Assembly: GCF_000150275.1 (NCBI RefSeq)
Contig: NW_002060943.1
Span: 4,856,008 to 4,920,007, forward strand
Direction of reading: 5' to 3'
Origin: Trichoplax adhaerens
Taxonomy: Eukaryota; Animalia; Placozoa
Length of the DNA stretch: 64,000 nucleotides
Shown here one piece after another: positions 1 through 14,142 of the stretch. The notes beneath the pieces are model-generated. The model was not told the origin of the DNA, did not search any database, and worked only from the letters and a program-made list of their open reading frames with translations. Both the position numbers and the translations under genes were made by a program. Position 1 is the first letter of the stretch, and each line of letters begins with the position of its first letter.

Positions 1-1543
1 ATTATCGAATATCGCCGCTAACAAAAATAGAGCTCAATCAGCGCTTAGTGGCGGGTGGTCTAACCCAGACACTGAGATTGGTTCTTTCCCTGCTGGAGTA
101 GTTCAACCGACTGAGATTCCTCCACCACCACCACGTCCTATAACCCCTATACCTGATCAAAGCACGTATATGCGTGCTGCACAGTTTCTTCTTCGAGTTA
201 ATGCCTTTCAGGTATAACAGGTTTTATTCTTAAATTGTACATTTTCCTAGCATAACTTTATCAGGATCAGAAACACTGCTTCGGTAGCAAGATCCGCCAA
301 AACTAGTTATGACTCTTTAAATAATTTCATTCGATTTTCTATTGCAATGACTGTAGATGTGCGAAAAAGCCTTAGGAGCAGAATTAATTCAGTATCCTAA
401 AAGCGATCTTCCAACGCAGTATTACTTACATTTAGCTCAACTTAAGCTTCAAATGAAACAGTACGATGTGGCTGAAAGAAATATTGAAGAAGCTTTAATC
501 CATGACTATACTGTAGGCATATGGGAATAATAGTCCAACTGAAAATTGAATAATAAGTAAATTAACTATTTCTATAATAACATTTTTATAAATAGAACTC
601 CAATTGTTGGGCTATACTTGGCCATATCAAATACTTAACCAGCAATTATAAGGAGGCACGCAGCGCTTATGAACGAACTCTAGCTCTAATAGATACTGCA
701 GATAATATGCATATTATCTATCTAAGATTGGCATCAATATATCTGGGTGAAAAATTGGTTAGTAGCAACGCTATAGTATTAGCACCGTAATTTTTTTAGA
801 TAAATAGTATTGCGGATTTATTTTAATGAAATTAATTTCAAAACTTCGTAATGACCATCGTACAAACAGTATGAAAATGCCAAGAATACATTCTTGCTGG
901 CTTGTAAGCATTCGCCATCCTGCTTATCCTGGCTAGGCGTTGGGATTGCTTGTTACAGGGTTTGTATATTGCATTAGCGGTTTCGTACTATAATTCTTTT
1001 ATGGTAATTTAATTAAACCAAAACAAATGCTGTTATATTATATTTTACTACTATTAGATGGGAGATTTATCGGAAGCAGAAGAAGCTTTATCTGAAGCTA
1101 ATGTTTTAAACAATCATGATGCAGAAGTATGGGGCTATCTTTCATTGGTCTGCTTAAGGGTAAGCAAATTGCGTAGCACTAAGTTGCTAAAATTATTGAA
1201 TAGCATTTTGTTTCATACAAGCTAATTTCAACTGTTACTATGATGTATAGACCAATCGGGAAGAGGAAGCTGAACAGGCTTATAAATATGCGCTAAAGGT
1301 AAGTTTCTCAATTTTGTTTGCTAATGTAGGTATGCATCTACTAGCTTATGTTAGTACACGCATTTCGCTTATACGACGATTCCAAACAAAATGTCGAGGT
1401 GATAATTAATGTACTAATCCTAGACTGCTTAAAACGTAAATTAGGTTGGATTATCCAATAAAGAATTACTTCAAGAGATTAATGAACAGCAGAAAGTGAT
1501 CGGATTTGGAAATCCTCTTGTATCTACTATATTATCACAGTAA
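1..1543 (+). CDS. CFAP70: 3' part of a multi-exon TPR-repeat protein, cilia- and flagella-associated protein 70 (TTC18)-like; 5' end lies outside the window
   Basis: Spliced exons translate to TPR helices ([20 protein letters not shown]; [10 protein letters not shown]; [28 protein letters not shown]; [13 protein letters not shown]). Last exon 1445-1543 ends ..[13 protein letters not shown], resembling the CFAP70 C-terminus. Confidence 0.8.
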
Positions 1544-1911
1544 CATTATTTCAAATGGCACTATTTAACGATTGCATAAGATTACTAGTTCGAAAATGTT
1601 AATTAATTTTAAGGACATCGACTACGGAATGAACGACTAGTATATAATTTTTCTGTATGATACACATAATCTAACAATGATGATTGATAAATTTATAGTC
1701 AATGCTAAGATCGATATTTTACGAACTATAATTTTCGGTGAAATTTAACATTTCATATCATTTATTGTATAACATTCGACTGTACAATGTATTAAATATT
1801 GGTAGAGCATGACAACGTCGTTGCCAAATAAAAATCAATGATTTTAGAAATACGATATCCCCCACTTGTTCACTATTGCTTAAGTTAATGGCCATATAAA
1901 ACAAGGCGTAT

Positions 1912-4900
1912 TTATGGTGATTTTATTATCCCGAATTCGTCCCTTGAGCCAAGAAGCTTACAGATTCCGACGGATTCTATCTGTAATATTCCAATACAGT
2001 AAATAAAGCTTGTGAGTTCTTCAACATCTGCTATCTGTATCTTCTCTATTACATTGACACAACTTACCACAAGAATATAGGAACATGTACTTGGTTCAAG
2101 GAGATACATGGCAATAGCATTGGGTGTAGTGAGATCGTTTCGGCATCTATGTATATTATATAAATTAAAATTGTTACGCTATATTTTAATTCCAACCATT
2201 ACATGAACCATAGAAGGTATCTGCTACATAAGTTCACAGAAAATGTTGGAAACATATGATTTTCTTACCTTAATCTAACAACAACTTTTCTTGGCATAGC
2301 GGTAGCATCACAAACATCGCCTTTACCAAAGAATAATTCCATTGTGCTAATAAATAAATTACAATGGTTTAATTCCATGTAATTAATTCAATTTTTTATC
2401 GCCGTGGAGTGGACAAGTTTTTTCTTTTAAGTATACAGTTCCAGTCGAATAATTTAACTACAATACCTTTTATGAGCAGAGTCCTTTTTACTATTAATGA
2501 ACCATCTTTTATGTTCCTAATTGATAGTACAATAGAATAAGTTTAGTAAACGTAATATAAACAACAACTTAACCTTACACATGTGATAATAATATCTCAC
2601 ATTTACGTCCCAAGTTCCCAATAGAATGACGGTTTTACCAGATACTTGATCCTTAGATATTCCAACAATTAAAATGTTATATTAGATAGCGCATGACAAA
2701 ATAGTACGATATTCCCAACTGATTAAATTGTGTTAACCTCGTGGTACTGTTTTACATATCGTCCATAACAAAACTCGTATTTCCACCAGCCGCCTTCTCC
2801 CTTGAAAATGGCAATAACTATAAGCTTAACGCTAATGCATTGGAGTACGTTGAATAAATATATATCTTACGCCATTTAAACAAAAGGTGCCCTTCAGAAA
2901 GCTTTTCATCGGGTCTTCCCCTGAAACGGCACTAGCAACAGGATCTTTTTTTCCACTAACGCTAGGAATACCTTGCTTGCTCTAATTTAATGTCAATAAA
3001 AATAGTAAAGATTTAGCTAAAGTTTAATGAAATCTGTTGCTGATAGTTTAAAAATTTTTGCAAATACTTACTGAGACCTCGTACATAACGTTCCTATTTT
3101 GCAATTTTAGAATACTATCTTTGAGTTCTAATTCTGCTTTAGGAACACTAGCGGCCATTAATAGTTACAGAATATAAGTTTAGTCTTTAAACTCAAATAG
3201 TTACACTTAATAGAGATAACAATAACGTACAATCTTAGGACTTAAATTTACCTAGGAGAATCACTAACGCTGTGACAATGAATCTGATTGATAACTTCTT
3301 CCTTAGGCCTATTACAATAATTCATATGATACAAGGCCGTGATTATGCTATATTTGATATAATCGAATCATCTATCAACATTTTACATTACTATTTCTTC
3401 CTCTCGAACCTGTAGTTCTTATTTTTACACATTAAATGTGTTGCGACTACAATTTCGTATTCACATGTTATAACTTCCTTTAAAATTATAATCTGTAATA
3501 ACAGAGCGATTTATCAAGAATTAATTTACCCAAGTGCTTTAGCTTACATATAGATATTTCATTCTTTGTCGCATTAGTTATGCAACGTTAGTAGTACAGA
3601 ATACCTCGTCCTTGGCATTTTCATCACAAATATAGTAAACGCTTGTCTGACGTGGTTTATCATTAGCTAGGTCACAAGGTGTACCATCCGTCATAACTAA
3701 CTTATAGTATGGGAAATCTTTACTTGCGATGGTCTTTGTTGGAATCTAATTTAAGATTCAAAATTCTTAACAACTGACGCGAATACCGCAATAAAGGAGA
3801 ATCCAATTCTGATATCACTGAAAGTAATAGCAGTAAGGAATACTAAAGATCTTACTTTTTCATCATTTGGCGTAACTGGCAACTCTGAAATTAAAGATGT
3901 ATTCATTATTAGAGGTATTATGAATTACTGCATATCTCGATAAGTAAAGCTAAATTACGTACTGCTTTTCTTGTACGCGCCGAGTACGTAGTGATGATCG
4001 AAACTCTGCAAAGAGTAAAAAATTAGAGTACCGTATTCGCTTATATTGTAGTTCTTCTAGACATTCTACAACTGTGTCGATGAAGATAAGATTTTCATAG
4101 GTACTATTTCTAGAGTAATTACTCACCCCTTTACTATTTTCATGAAATTGATTTACATGTCGTCCATGACAAAGTTCATAACTCCAGTATCCTTCCATCT
4201 ATTCGTAAAAGATCGTTGATACGTTAATTATAAATTATTTATTTTTAAGCAAAGTACAAACTAATTCGACCGACTATCATTTCCTTACTAATGAAGAGTG
4301 ATGAGTATCATTTCTACCCAAGTATCTCATTCTTAAGATGAAAATATCATTGAAATATATAGCAAATTAGCTGCTATATTGCATAATCCTACATTTGGGA
4401 TGATGTCGTTACGTACTGTCCATTTACAAACTTACCCTGTAAGTGCAACGTTTCTTACTAAATAGCGTCGATAATAAAATTTCAGGTGGTTCAGTATCAC
4501 TTCTATCTGATTCTTTGGTTGCCTACCATCAAAATAGAAGTGATGACTTACAGCGTTACTGTCTGGCTTTACATGTTAATGGTCTGATAGCAATAATTTA
4601 GCAAACATGTTCTTACAACGATCTCGGTTCGACTATTGCCAACAATAACGACACGGTAAACCCTATATACAGTAATACACATATAAATATTCTCATTTTG
4701 ATATACCTTTTGGTTCTCCTTCTTCGGCAGAACACATTCGTATTGTTCATTATTCGATGTTATCATGGACATCTTTTCGATTTCATCATTTCCTTTCTAA
4801 TGGTAATAATGATAATAATAATTACGAACTAATATGACTTACTGAACAGAATGTTTATGACCTTTTAAGACGTTATATGCGTATTATATGCTGAACACGA

Positions 4901-5947
4901 GCACTGTCTATGTACAGCATCGAAGGCGTAATATGTGCTGTGTTTACTGCTTTGAACGCATAATATGATGTTGTGATTTTCAGCATCCCTATTCCTTTGC
5001 TATTCAACGTACTACAGTATATTAACATCATAAAATCCAGTTTATAAATGTAAGAGGAAAAATAATTTCAAAGACCGATCAAAAGTTGTAATCATTACTT
5101 TGCTCATAATCCACCTCCAATGTTGTTGTATAACACTGCGGTACAAAATTGGACAAACATTAATGCAATTTATTTTGCATGAAACTGCGATAGAAACCGA
5201 TGGACATATGACAAGTACCAGTCAACGAGTTTCAACTTTGAATCAATGTTAAACAAGTAGATCGCATCTATGGCGGTACTAGCGTATCTATGTTATAGTG
5301 GCGTATTATCAGGATACGTTTACTTAATCTACTCCATTTATTGATAGTAAATTATATGAAAGTACAGCTTCCAATACTTGATATCATTCATGGATTGCTA
5401 GCGAAAAGTTGACGGAAACGCTATCTTGACATCCATTGTAGTCAAAAACTTGTAATCGATTTTTCTTTGAAGTTTAATTTCTTCACGCCAAGTTAGGGTT
5501 AAAGGGAACGATAATCGAATAGATCGGTACAGTCATAGTCGAAATTTATGGAGATAAAAGTTTATCAGACATGAGAATTTACTAACGAGCAAACTGAAAT
5601 ATAGTATCGCAGTGACATGATCATGTTATGGTTTCATCCATATCCGGTCTTGTGGGTCTTCTACAGAAGTGTATAGCATAGTGCTGCACTGTACAGTACT
5701 GTACTATACTGTATTACTCTACATCAAGTAGCCTAGTCGTCAACTCAGAAGGTAGACTACTATTGTGATTGTAATGGCTTACTCCAATGGCGTCTGCAGG
5801 ATTTTCTGCGATCCATTTTCCAGGCCAATTGACAGAATATAATTTGGTGTCGCTAAAAGGATCAAAGTTACATTTGACATGGGATATATCAAAAAGAAGC
5901 AGCAGCAGTAGCGATACCCTCCAAATCCATGGAACTATTTGGCCCAT
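1912..5947 (-). CDS. ERLEC1: Endoplasmic reticulum lectin 1 (XTP3-B/erlectin; OS-9 family, two MRH domains), multi-exon
   Basis: ATG at 5947 starts a signal peptide (MGQIVPWIWRVSLLLLLLFDISH..LYSVNWPG). MRH1: EGYWSYELCHGRHVNQFHE, DGTPCDL..PRQT. MRH2: GWWKYEFCYGRYVKQYHE, GKGDVCDAT..PRKV, YLLEPSTCSYIL. Stop at 1912-1914. Confidence 0.9.
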
Positions 5948-5997
5948 AGCGGTTGTTTTGCTTCTTCCAATCGATTGCGCAGTGGCTTGTACACGAA

Positions 5998-6270
5998 TTA
6001 AAAGGGGAATTTTACTGTAATCATAATAATTACTGCATTCGATGGCTACAGTCACAATATCGTAGTCTACAGTACAGTACACTGTATTGAAAGAGGAATT
6101 TTACTGTAATCATAATACAGTACTGTAATTACTGTATTCGATGGCTACAGTCACAGTATCGTAGTCTACTGTACAGTACGTACACTGTATTAAAAGAGGA
6201 ATTTTACTGTACTGTAATTACTATATTCGATGGCTACAGTCACAGTATCGTAGTCTACAGTACACTGTAT
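5998..6270. repeat. Three-copy ~80-100 bp tandem repeat just upstream of the ERLEC1 start codon
   Basis: Unit aaagaggaattttactgta...attactgtattcgatggctacagtcacagtatcgtagtctacagtac...actgtatt starts at ~5998, ~6090 and ~6192, with small indels of CAGTA blocks. Confidence 0.9.
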
Positions 6271-6599
6271 TGTATTTACTGTACAGTACAGTACTGTAGA
6301 AATCTGTGCTCCGGACTTTAGTGACTTTTACCCTTTGAAAGGAAATACACTGTACTGTACACAACAGTTACAAGTAGCAAGAGAACTACACAAACCTCCT
6401 TTCAGTGAGTTGGCTAATATAATAAAAGTCCATGCTGGTTTGTTCATGGATTCTAAGCTAATACAGTTCTACAAGTCTCTGGCAAGGCCTAAACATTGGA
6501 GATGAAAAGCTTCTGATATACGTACAGCATACTACTGTATACTGTACTAGTGTACGTATTATGCTAAGTACAGAATAGTACAGTGCTCTGTAGTCACTA

Positions 6600-6852
6600 G
6601 GGAACGTGGCAAGTTGGATTTTGAAACTTCACGTGAACTTCATGTGGATTTCGCTAAGTGTACAATCTAGTACTACTAGCAGAAACTTCGGGTGTGCTGT
6701 ACTTCCCTGTATTGCGTCCGCGCAATTTTTAGCAACTTCACAATGTGAAATGTGGAGACTAGAGACCCTTAGTCAAGACCATTCAAAAATCTTCACATTT
6801 CACATTGAAATTCACGGTGGTGAAGTTCACCTGTGAAATTGCACACGTTCCC
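6600..6852. mobile_element. MITE-like non-autonomous DNA transposon (~253 bp)
   Basis: Terminal inverted repeats gggaacgtg-gcaagtt / aaattgcacacgttccc, flanked by TA on both sides (or CTAG if the ends are drawn one base inward). The interior carries many TTCAC/GTGAA motifs. Confidence 0.65.
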
Positions 6853-8120
6853 TAGACGAATTACTGCCATGCAAGAGTGCAGTACTCTGTGCATGACATC
6901 GGCTACGCATCAATCACCTTAATATAAAATTTTAATTCATACTGCGTACAAGATGCATCGTTGCAGCAATACATATTAGGCTCCGCTAGTTCCCCCATCC
7001 GTTGATGAAACTCTACTTCTACTACACCGCAAAACCAATATACCGGTCAGAACGTCATTGCTCATTTTCAACAGAAATAATCAAGATTATGGCAGAAGTC
7101 CAGTCGAGTTTCATCATCATAGTGAGGCAACTAGCGGGGCCTAAGGCACATGTCCTATCGTGTTCAAGCATGCGACGACAAATTGTCCAAAATGATCATT
7201 TGATATTGTTATTAACTTATTAACTTATTATCATCTTGTTTTGAAATAAATAAATTAATTAATGCTAGTTACAGACTGCGCAATACAGTGGATTCACGAA
7301 TTTGGGCAATCCATCAACAACAGCAATCCGAAATCTGGTCTACAGTAGTAGTACAAAACATCTTACTCTTGTCATGCGTGCATGTGTCATTCATTGCGAT
7401 TACTGTACCATATACAATAGTACATACTGTACTATACGTGTTACGTTACTATTGTACAGTACAATGTACAATGTACAGTACATTGGCCTCATGCTATTCC
7501 GTGGAATAATTGAAGTTACTCACGTGCTGCCAATAAGCAATCGCTGGGACTAGCTGAACGCTGAGTATTTATAATTCTTCCCTTCCCGGATAGAAAGCTC
7601 GAAAATAAAAACATTTTAGTCTACGCTGTGGTATGTAGCATATGACTTTTAATTGAATTCTTAAATTCCGGTTTAGATTAGCTAATTTAACCAATGCTTA
7701 TGGCGAGACATTTTCAATCATCCTTTTTAATAAAACATCATTTATTATCAACATAATCGAACATACAGTACGTACTAATGGTAATAAATTGGACTTTTGT
7801 TATTGTCCATCATCTTGTTGATGGCGGTCTATACGTGGTTCACTTGTACAATGACTACGACGATTTGACTGGATTTCTTCTTACTAAGGCTTCTATTAGT
7901 TTCATGTAGTGTGATCTCTCCAAGTTATTTCATTGAATTGCTGTACAGCGATTTGGTTTGTAGTTTTTATTACCGGTTAATCTTAACTGCTAAGTGCTGA
8001 TCAGTATAATATACGCGTATATTGTGAGTGTTTTCGGAATTTTGATGCTATCACAATTCTTTGTAGATTAGTGAACCACTGTGCTGGAGATTGGACAAGT
8101 TAACAAATTGGCCTTCATTC

Positions 8121-10673
8121 ATGAGTGACGAAGATAAGTACTTGGACGTCGATATTGACAGTGATGACGTGAGTACGACTCTACGCTTGAATTGCTTCCG
8201 CTAGTTTCTACATTTCGCTACAGTTGTGCCGTAAACTGTGGCCATACATTGAATGATTGTAATAATCAAACCTTTTGAACCTCGATTATACTCGTAATTA
8301 TGTACAGTATTGCTACTGCATGGTCATTATTAACATGCAATGCATGAATTGAGTGTTTAGAGAAAGATTTGATTCTATCGACCATGCACTGTGTACATTA
8401 AATTCCTTCCTCCATCAACAGCCAATAAACTTCGGTACTGTAAATACGAAGTTATCTTATTATCAAATTCATTTCTTTCCACAGTATGCCATACATGCGT
8501 TATCGTATAGTACGTAGGCACTATATCATCGCATCACTGACGTTTTCATAAATCGGCATAGTGAACACGCATTCACTAATGCACAATAGTATATCCCGAC
8601 TATTTTACCAGTTATAAATCAATAATTTCATTTCAATCGCTGATGGTTAGTGGACTAGCTGTAATAGTGCTAGCATTGTTGTAAGTGAAGATATATATTA
8701 TATATTTATAATAACCTATTTCATGATAATTGCAATATATGCAGTACAGGAGTACGTAATATCGGTCCAGCATGTATTTTCACGCTGGATCGTTATTTTA
8801 AATTCCAATAGCAAAACAGTAAGGCAGTGTATTATTATGAATGAAAACGTTGGACTAGGCACCCATTTAACAAGTACTGTCGATCATGAGAGAGATTCGA
8901 AACGAGCATCACACCTAGCACTTGGCCACTTTGCTATAAAATGTACTCTCACATACTATCATCCATGCGATAATAGAAGTTATAATACTATTTATAAAAC
9001 ACACCTTATAAACACCAATGCTCAGCTGCATAGTCGCGTTTGCAATGCGTAAAGGTAGCAATCTATTTGATACTTGTTCTTAATATGCCGAGAATAATCA
9101 GCTTAGTGTGTTAGTATTAATGAACTTTTCTCATGCCTGCAAACTATGTACGAATATATTGCATGTGTACAACTATGCTAAGGATGACTATGGCCTATTT
9201 CACTCTGAAAGGGAATGATTTTACCGTAAAATGCTTTAAGAAAGGTGGAGATCTTTACTCTAGCTTTTAATTTTCTGTTAGTATAAACAGTATAATTAAG
9301 ATCGGGTAAAGTTATGATCTATAAATCTAGCGATATACTGTATGTCGTAAGAAGGCAAAACCTCGATATCCCGTGTATAAGTTAGTTATCCTTATATATT
9401 AAAGGATTTCGATTCTTGCAAGTTTACATCGTTCCTTAGCGCTGACCGCTAATCATTAATGCCTCACGTGTGGCTCTTTAATAAGCTAGTATTCAAGGCT
9501 AGTCTAAAATATTTCGTGTCAAACCGAGCTAATAAAGCAGGTTAACACTATTATCGGGTGCATTGTCATTGCAATCGTACAAGTTATGTAGCTGATCTTG
9601 TAACAATGAGTGTTAATCCAAGTTGAAATCGTTTTATATTTGCCTTATTATAGAATGGAGATACTGATAAGTCAACATCCGGTCTAACTCAAGCGGATAA
9701 AAGAGCCCATCATAACGCTTTGGAGCGTAAGAGGCGTGATCACATTAAAGATTGTTTCTTTGGCTTACGCGATTCAGTTCCTACCTTACAAGGAGAAAAG
9801 GTTACGATTCTTTACAGCATTTGTAATTGCTTAAAGTCGTAAATGCTAGTGCTAGTTCTCTTTTACTTTGTATACAAACAGTAAGTGGAATGACATTATT
9901 CATACAACAACATCAAACTTTGCGGCTTTTCCAGTGATATAATATTCACTTATTCTACTATAAACTAGTACACAGACCTTGAGGGATAGATTTTTAAGAT
10001 TAAAATATATCGTAAACGTCTACAACTAGAAAGTGATAGCATATTGAATGAAAATTTGTCTAATATTTTTCGAATTTAAACGGTCTTTAGGCTTCACGTG
10101 CTCAAATACTGAATAAGGCAACTGATTACATTCAGTTTATGAAACAAAAAAATCAGAATCATCAGGTTTGCCTTTTTATACGAATATCCATAAATTTTTG
10201 ATTATGTGCTTTTAGGACAAATCTCATTTTGTAAGGTGCTTTGCTATTTAAGTTTACCTGTTTGGAATTTACTCCCTAATAGTCAGATATAGAAGATATC
10301 AGGAAAGAGAATTATCAGTTAGAATTACAATGTTAGTTACTGATTATATGGCAATCTGCTTTAATACGTACAAATTCACTTGTACCAGCATAGAATTTAT
10401 AGGCTTGTTCGTTACCCGCTTTAAGTGCAAGCCGACAGTAAAATCTAATTCTATAACATAATGCTTGTATGGCATCTTTTACACAATTTAGTGAAAACCT
10501 TAGAGAGGACGCGCAATAATTTAACTGGTACGGCGACATCTGAGAATATCGATAGTTCAACTACGACTACTACCAATAGTGGTAGAACAACAAGGAATAA
10601 AGCCAAACGAGAATTGCAATCGGACGGTAACGATGAACAAAAGACAGATACTAAAAAGGTCAAAGCAGAGTAG
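8121..10673 (+). CDS. MAX: Max, bHLH-leucine zipper partner of Myc; 5 coding exons (8121-8168, 9654-9800, 10091-10165, 10282-10331, 10492-10673, approximate)
   Basis: [16 protein letters not shown] / ..[37 protein letters not shown] / [25 protein letters not shown] / [17 protein letters not shown] / KTLER..KKVKAE*. This is the diagnostic Max basic-HLH-Zip; junctions are GT-AG. Confidence 0.97.
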
Positions 10674-12149
10674 AAATTTTTCAAATCCCTATTAATGAAT
10701 TGTTGGATAATTATCTAGCCTAGCATCGATAAATTAATTATAATTATCAGCAATTTTCCGAAATGAATTGTGAAGTGTGATGATGCGCATTTAGCTGTTG
10801 CGGTCGAGCGTGAGATATTCTTAAATGTGTGCCAGTATTTTATCAGTTTAGTTGTGTATTTGTAACGTCGATACTACTTAATTATAAGCATAATAATAAT
10901 AATCATAATTTAATCTTACAAACATAGATGCGAGTGCGTAGTCTTCCTATTTTATGTACAGCTATTACCGTGATGGCAGCTCAAACTATATAGTAGTACG
11001 CACACGAGATACATGTACTATTTCTTAGCTAATATATTTTAAAATATATGATGTTTGGTTATGTTAAGTTTTAATCTTAAAAGTACATTATGTATAAGGA
11101 ATAGCATCTGCTGGTACAGCAGTGATCGGAATATTTTTAAGCGATTTAGTAACTTTGTTGCTACTGGCATATTGTATTATTGTTACAGTAGATTTTCTTA
11201 GCTAGAGTGAATGCAATTTATTTTAAAGTTGAATTAATGGTTTGACTCTAATTTATTTGCAACTTTATAAATAATTAAATATTGCTATACGGTATTTTTG
11301 GTTTTAAAAACAATTTTTGGTAACTGATTGAGAATGTTACTAAGTTCATAAGGAGCCTATAAGTATCCTACTTGATGGCGTTATACTATTTTATGTAATG
11401 ATTGTTATCATTGTTGTAATTATCTTTTTCGGTTTATGATTATTTGAGACTTAAAGGTAGTCTAACCAGTTTCTGAATCACGACAGTGTTACTTCGTGTT
11501 ATATTATAATATAATTTATTTTATAAAAGCGTAATCCAGTGCATTATTTGTACTTTCAAACTATTCTATTATCGTACTACAGATCGTTTTAGATATTTAT
11601 TAGCTAATATTTTTATCGTATCCCAGATAATAAAATTTACGATTTACTTTTTAACAATACGCATTTTCGAGTGTATTTATACCTACTGCTATACGCTGAA
11701 ATAGCAATCATAGCATTGCATTACTATATTATATTTGCTAGGATTTTATGGATATACCGTCCTCGCATGGCTATTATTGGTATCGTAGTTTAAGTCGTAG
11801 TTTAAGTCATTGTTCACATTAACACCGGTTTTGTTTATGGTTAATTTTGTATCTCCATCATAGCGGTAATTAGTGCAACTTACACGACTCTACGTGATTC
11901 AATTTCTACAAAGTGCAGCACTATCGAGCCTATGGTACGAATGCTAGTAAGGGTAATAATCAGTAATACTACAATTGTACAGTGCCAATAGCTCTAAGAT
12001 CTATTTCTAGAAATGGCGTTTTAAAAGCAAAGCACTGGGATGACTTTATCTAAATTTTAGGAAATTAATTTGGTTACAGCTGGTGATTAATCGTAGAAGG
12101 ATAAAAATGAAAAGAAAAGTGTGTGCCCTATACCATTATACAGTACAAT

Positions 12150-13810
12150 TCGATATGGTTCAGTACAGTACGTAGGAGTGTAGTCAAGGACCACTGCAGA
12201 CGGTACAGGTAAAGTACGTATAGAAACCTTGTAAATAGACAAGTCTTCCAAGTGTGTCAATATGAGTGTCTCCAAGGCGTCACAGATATGCAGAAAACCT
12301 ACAGTACATGTACTGTACTGTGCAATAAGTAAACATTGTGCAATGTCGGTAGAGGTCTTCACGGTCTACAGTACAGTAGTCTGTTTTTAGTACTGAACAA
12401 TATACTTTAGTACAGTATACCGGTACAGTACCGTAGAGGTAAAAGAAATACTGTACAGTACTGTACTGTAGATCATGATTGTAGCAGTGTACTGTACTGT
12501 ACAGAACTGTACTGCGTGTGCGCGTACTGTAGACAGGCTCCGAGAAATTTTGGAGATTTATCGCACGTACGAGTCATACGACTGATACGACGCTGAACAT
12601 CATATTATAATCATTGATCTGTTTCTTTTCGAATTTGCTTTCAACATATCATCAATACACGTATTAAGTTGGACAAATTTGATCTGATTGGACTCGGTAA
12701 AATTGAATTATATCCGTTTTACAACGGTTATTATGTACTGTACTGTACAATGTACCTATATGCGTATACGCGTACAGTACTCGTATATGTTATACGTACA
12801 GTACTGTACAGTACAATGGACAATTGGACATACGCAGTGGATATATACTGTATATAACATATATGTATATATATATATACAGTATATAATTATATGCATA
12901 TATGACATATATATGTAAACGTACAGTATATGAGTATATTTAGCCAAATGTAACATATTGCATAACAAAATATATGCAGTTTCTTTTACTGCAACAATGC
13001 TGAAATGATCTCTAAAAATGGAATGAGCTGTTACTGCTGCACACTTCTGCATTACAAAACATCCGAGGAACGTCAAACTGACACTCGGTCACTCACAATC
13101 AAAGTGCAATTTTAGTCGCTGCTTTTATCCAGTGCAATACCGCACAGTATCACAATAAAAGTGAGCTTTAGGAGGTCGAAAACTTAACTCTTGACTTCAA
13201 TCATGAGTTGATGTTGTACTGTATATGATGCAAGTGTACTCTCTTATTTTTTTTTTATACTGTGTGCGTGCCAATCACACGAGAGAACGTAAGAGTCTTT
13301 CAGTACAGAAGTGAATTACATTTCCGCATTTTCATCAACCTTACACTCCCTACAGTTATTACCATTACTACAGTAAAGGTCAGTGGTCACTAGTTAGTAC
13401 AGTACTATACTGTACAGTACAGTACAGTACAGTACAGTACAGTACTTCCTTCATCACACTTCGGGCTTTGTACTGTACTGTACTGTCTCTATGAGCCAAA
13501 CCATAGAAACCGCGGCTTTGTTTTTCGATTCTACAGTACCGTGATACTGTACAGTGTACAGTGGACAGTATGGTAAAACGTGGTACTGTGCACTGTACAG
13601 TACTGTACCGTATGAAAGCGTACTGTACGCTTTCATAGTTTCTGGCTTTATCACGTGTGCAAATTGTTACGATGCACGGTAGTTTCTATACAAACGCAGG
13701 GTCAGATGCACGAACGTGAATTCTAGAAAGTAGTAAACTATTGTAAATCAAGCAACAAAATCTTTTCTTGTAGGCACCTAGTACAGTACCGTTCACTGTA
13801 CTAGAGTACA
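12150..13810. repeat. CAGTA/TACTG-rich low-complexity zone upstream of CoREST, with a (CAGTA)n run at ~13413-13445 and a (TA)n-rich patch at ~12840-12920
   Basis: Dense tacagtac/ctgtactgt motifs in both orientations, directly visible. Confidence 0.85.
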
Positions 13811-14142
13811 ATGCTGTTCACTGAACACTATTGTTTCCCTTGATATATTCCGCTGTAGTTTATTATTAGGCGTCAATCTTTATCGCTATTACCGTACGGC
13901 AAGTTTACGCATCTCGAAAATTTCCACTTTTATAAGTAGGATATATAAGCATCACGTATTCTGTCATAAGTGCCATATAACTGAGTTAATTGGCTTTTAA
14001 ATTCAATGAATGATTGACCAAAAATCTGCGTAAGAAGTTTTCAAAGATATATTCCATCACAGGTTGCATTGATTCACACTGGAGTCACATTAGCACGGTA
14101 AAATACGGTAAACGGAGAAGTTTCATCGTGTCAAAAGGCAGA

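Noticed and set aside
5998-6270. CRISPR-like array
   Set aside because: Eukaryotic context, whole units repeat without unique spacers, and there are no cas genes.
12536-12570. Sm-site-like AATTTTGG suggesting an snRNA
   Set aside because: No recognisable U1/U2/U4/U5 sequence around it. No tRNA or rRNA was recognised anywhere in the window.
12087-13654. Short ORFs rich in Y/C/T/V/Q (also 7288-7553, 14456-14876, 26173-26635)
   Set aside because: They are translations of CAGTA/TA low-complexity or intronic DNA with no recognisable domain.
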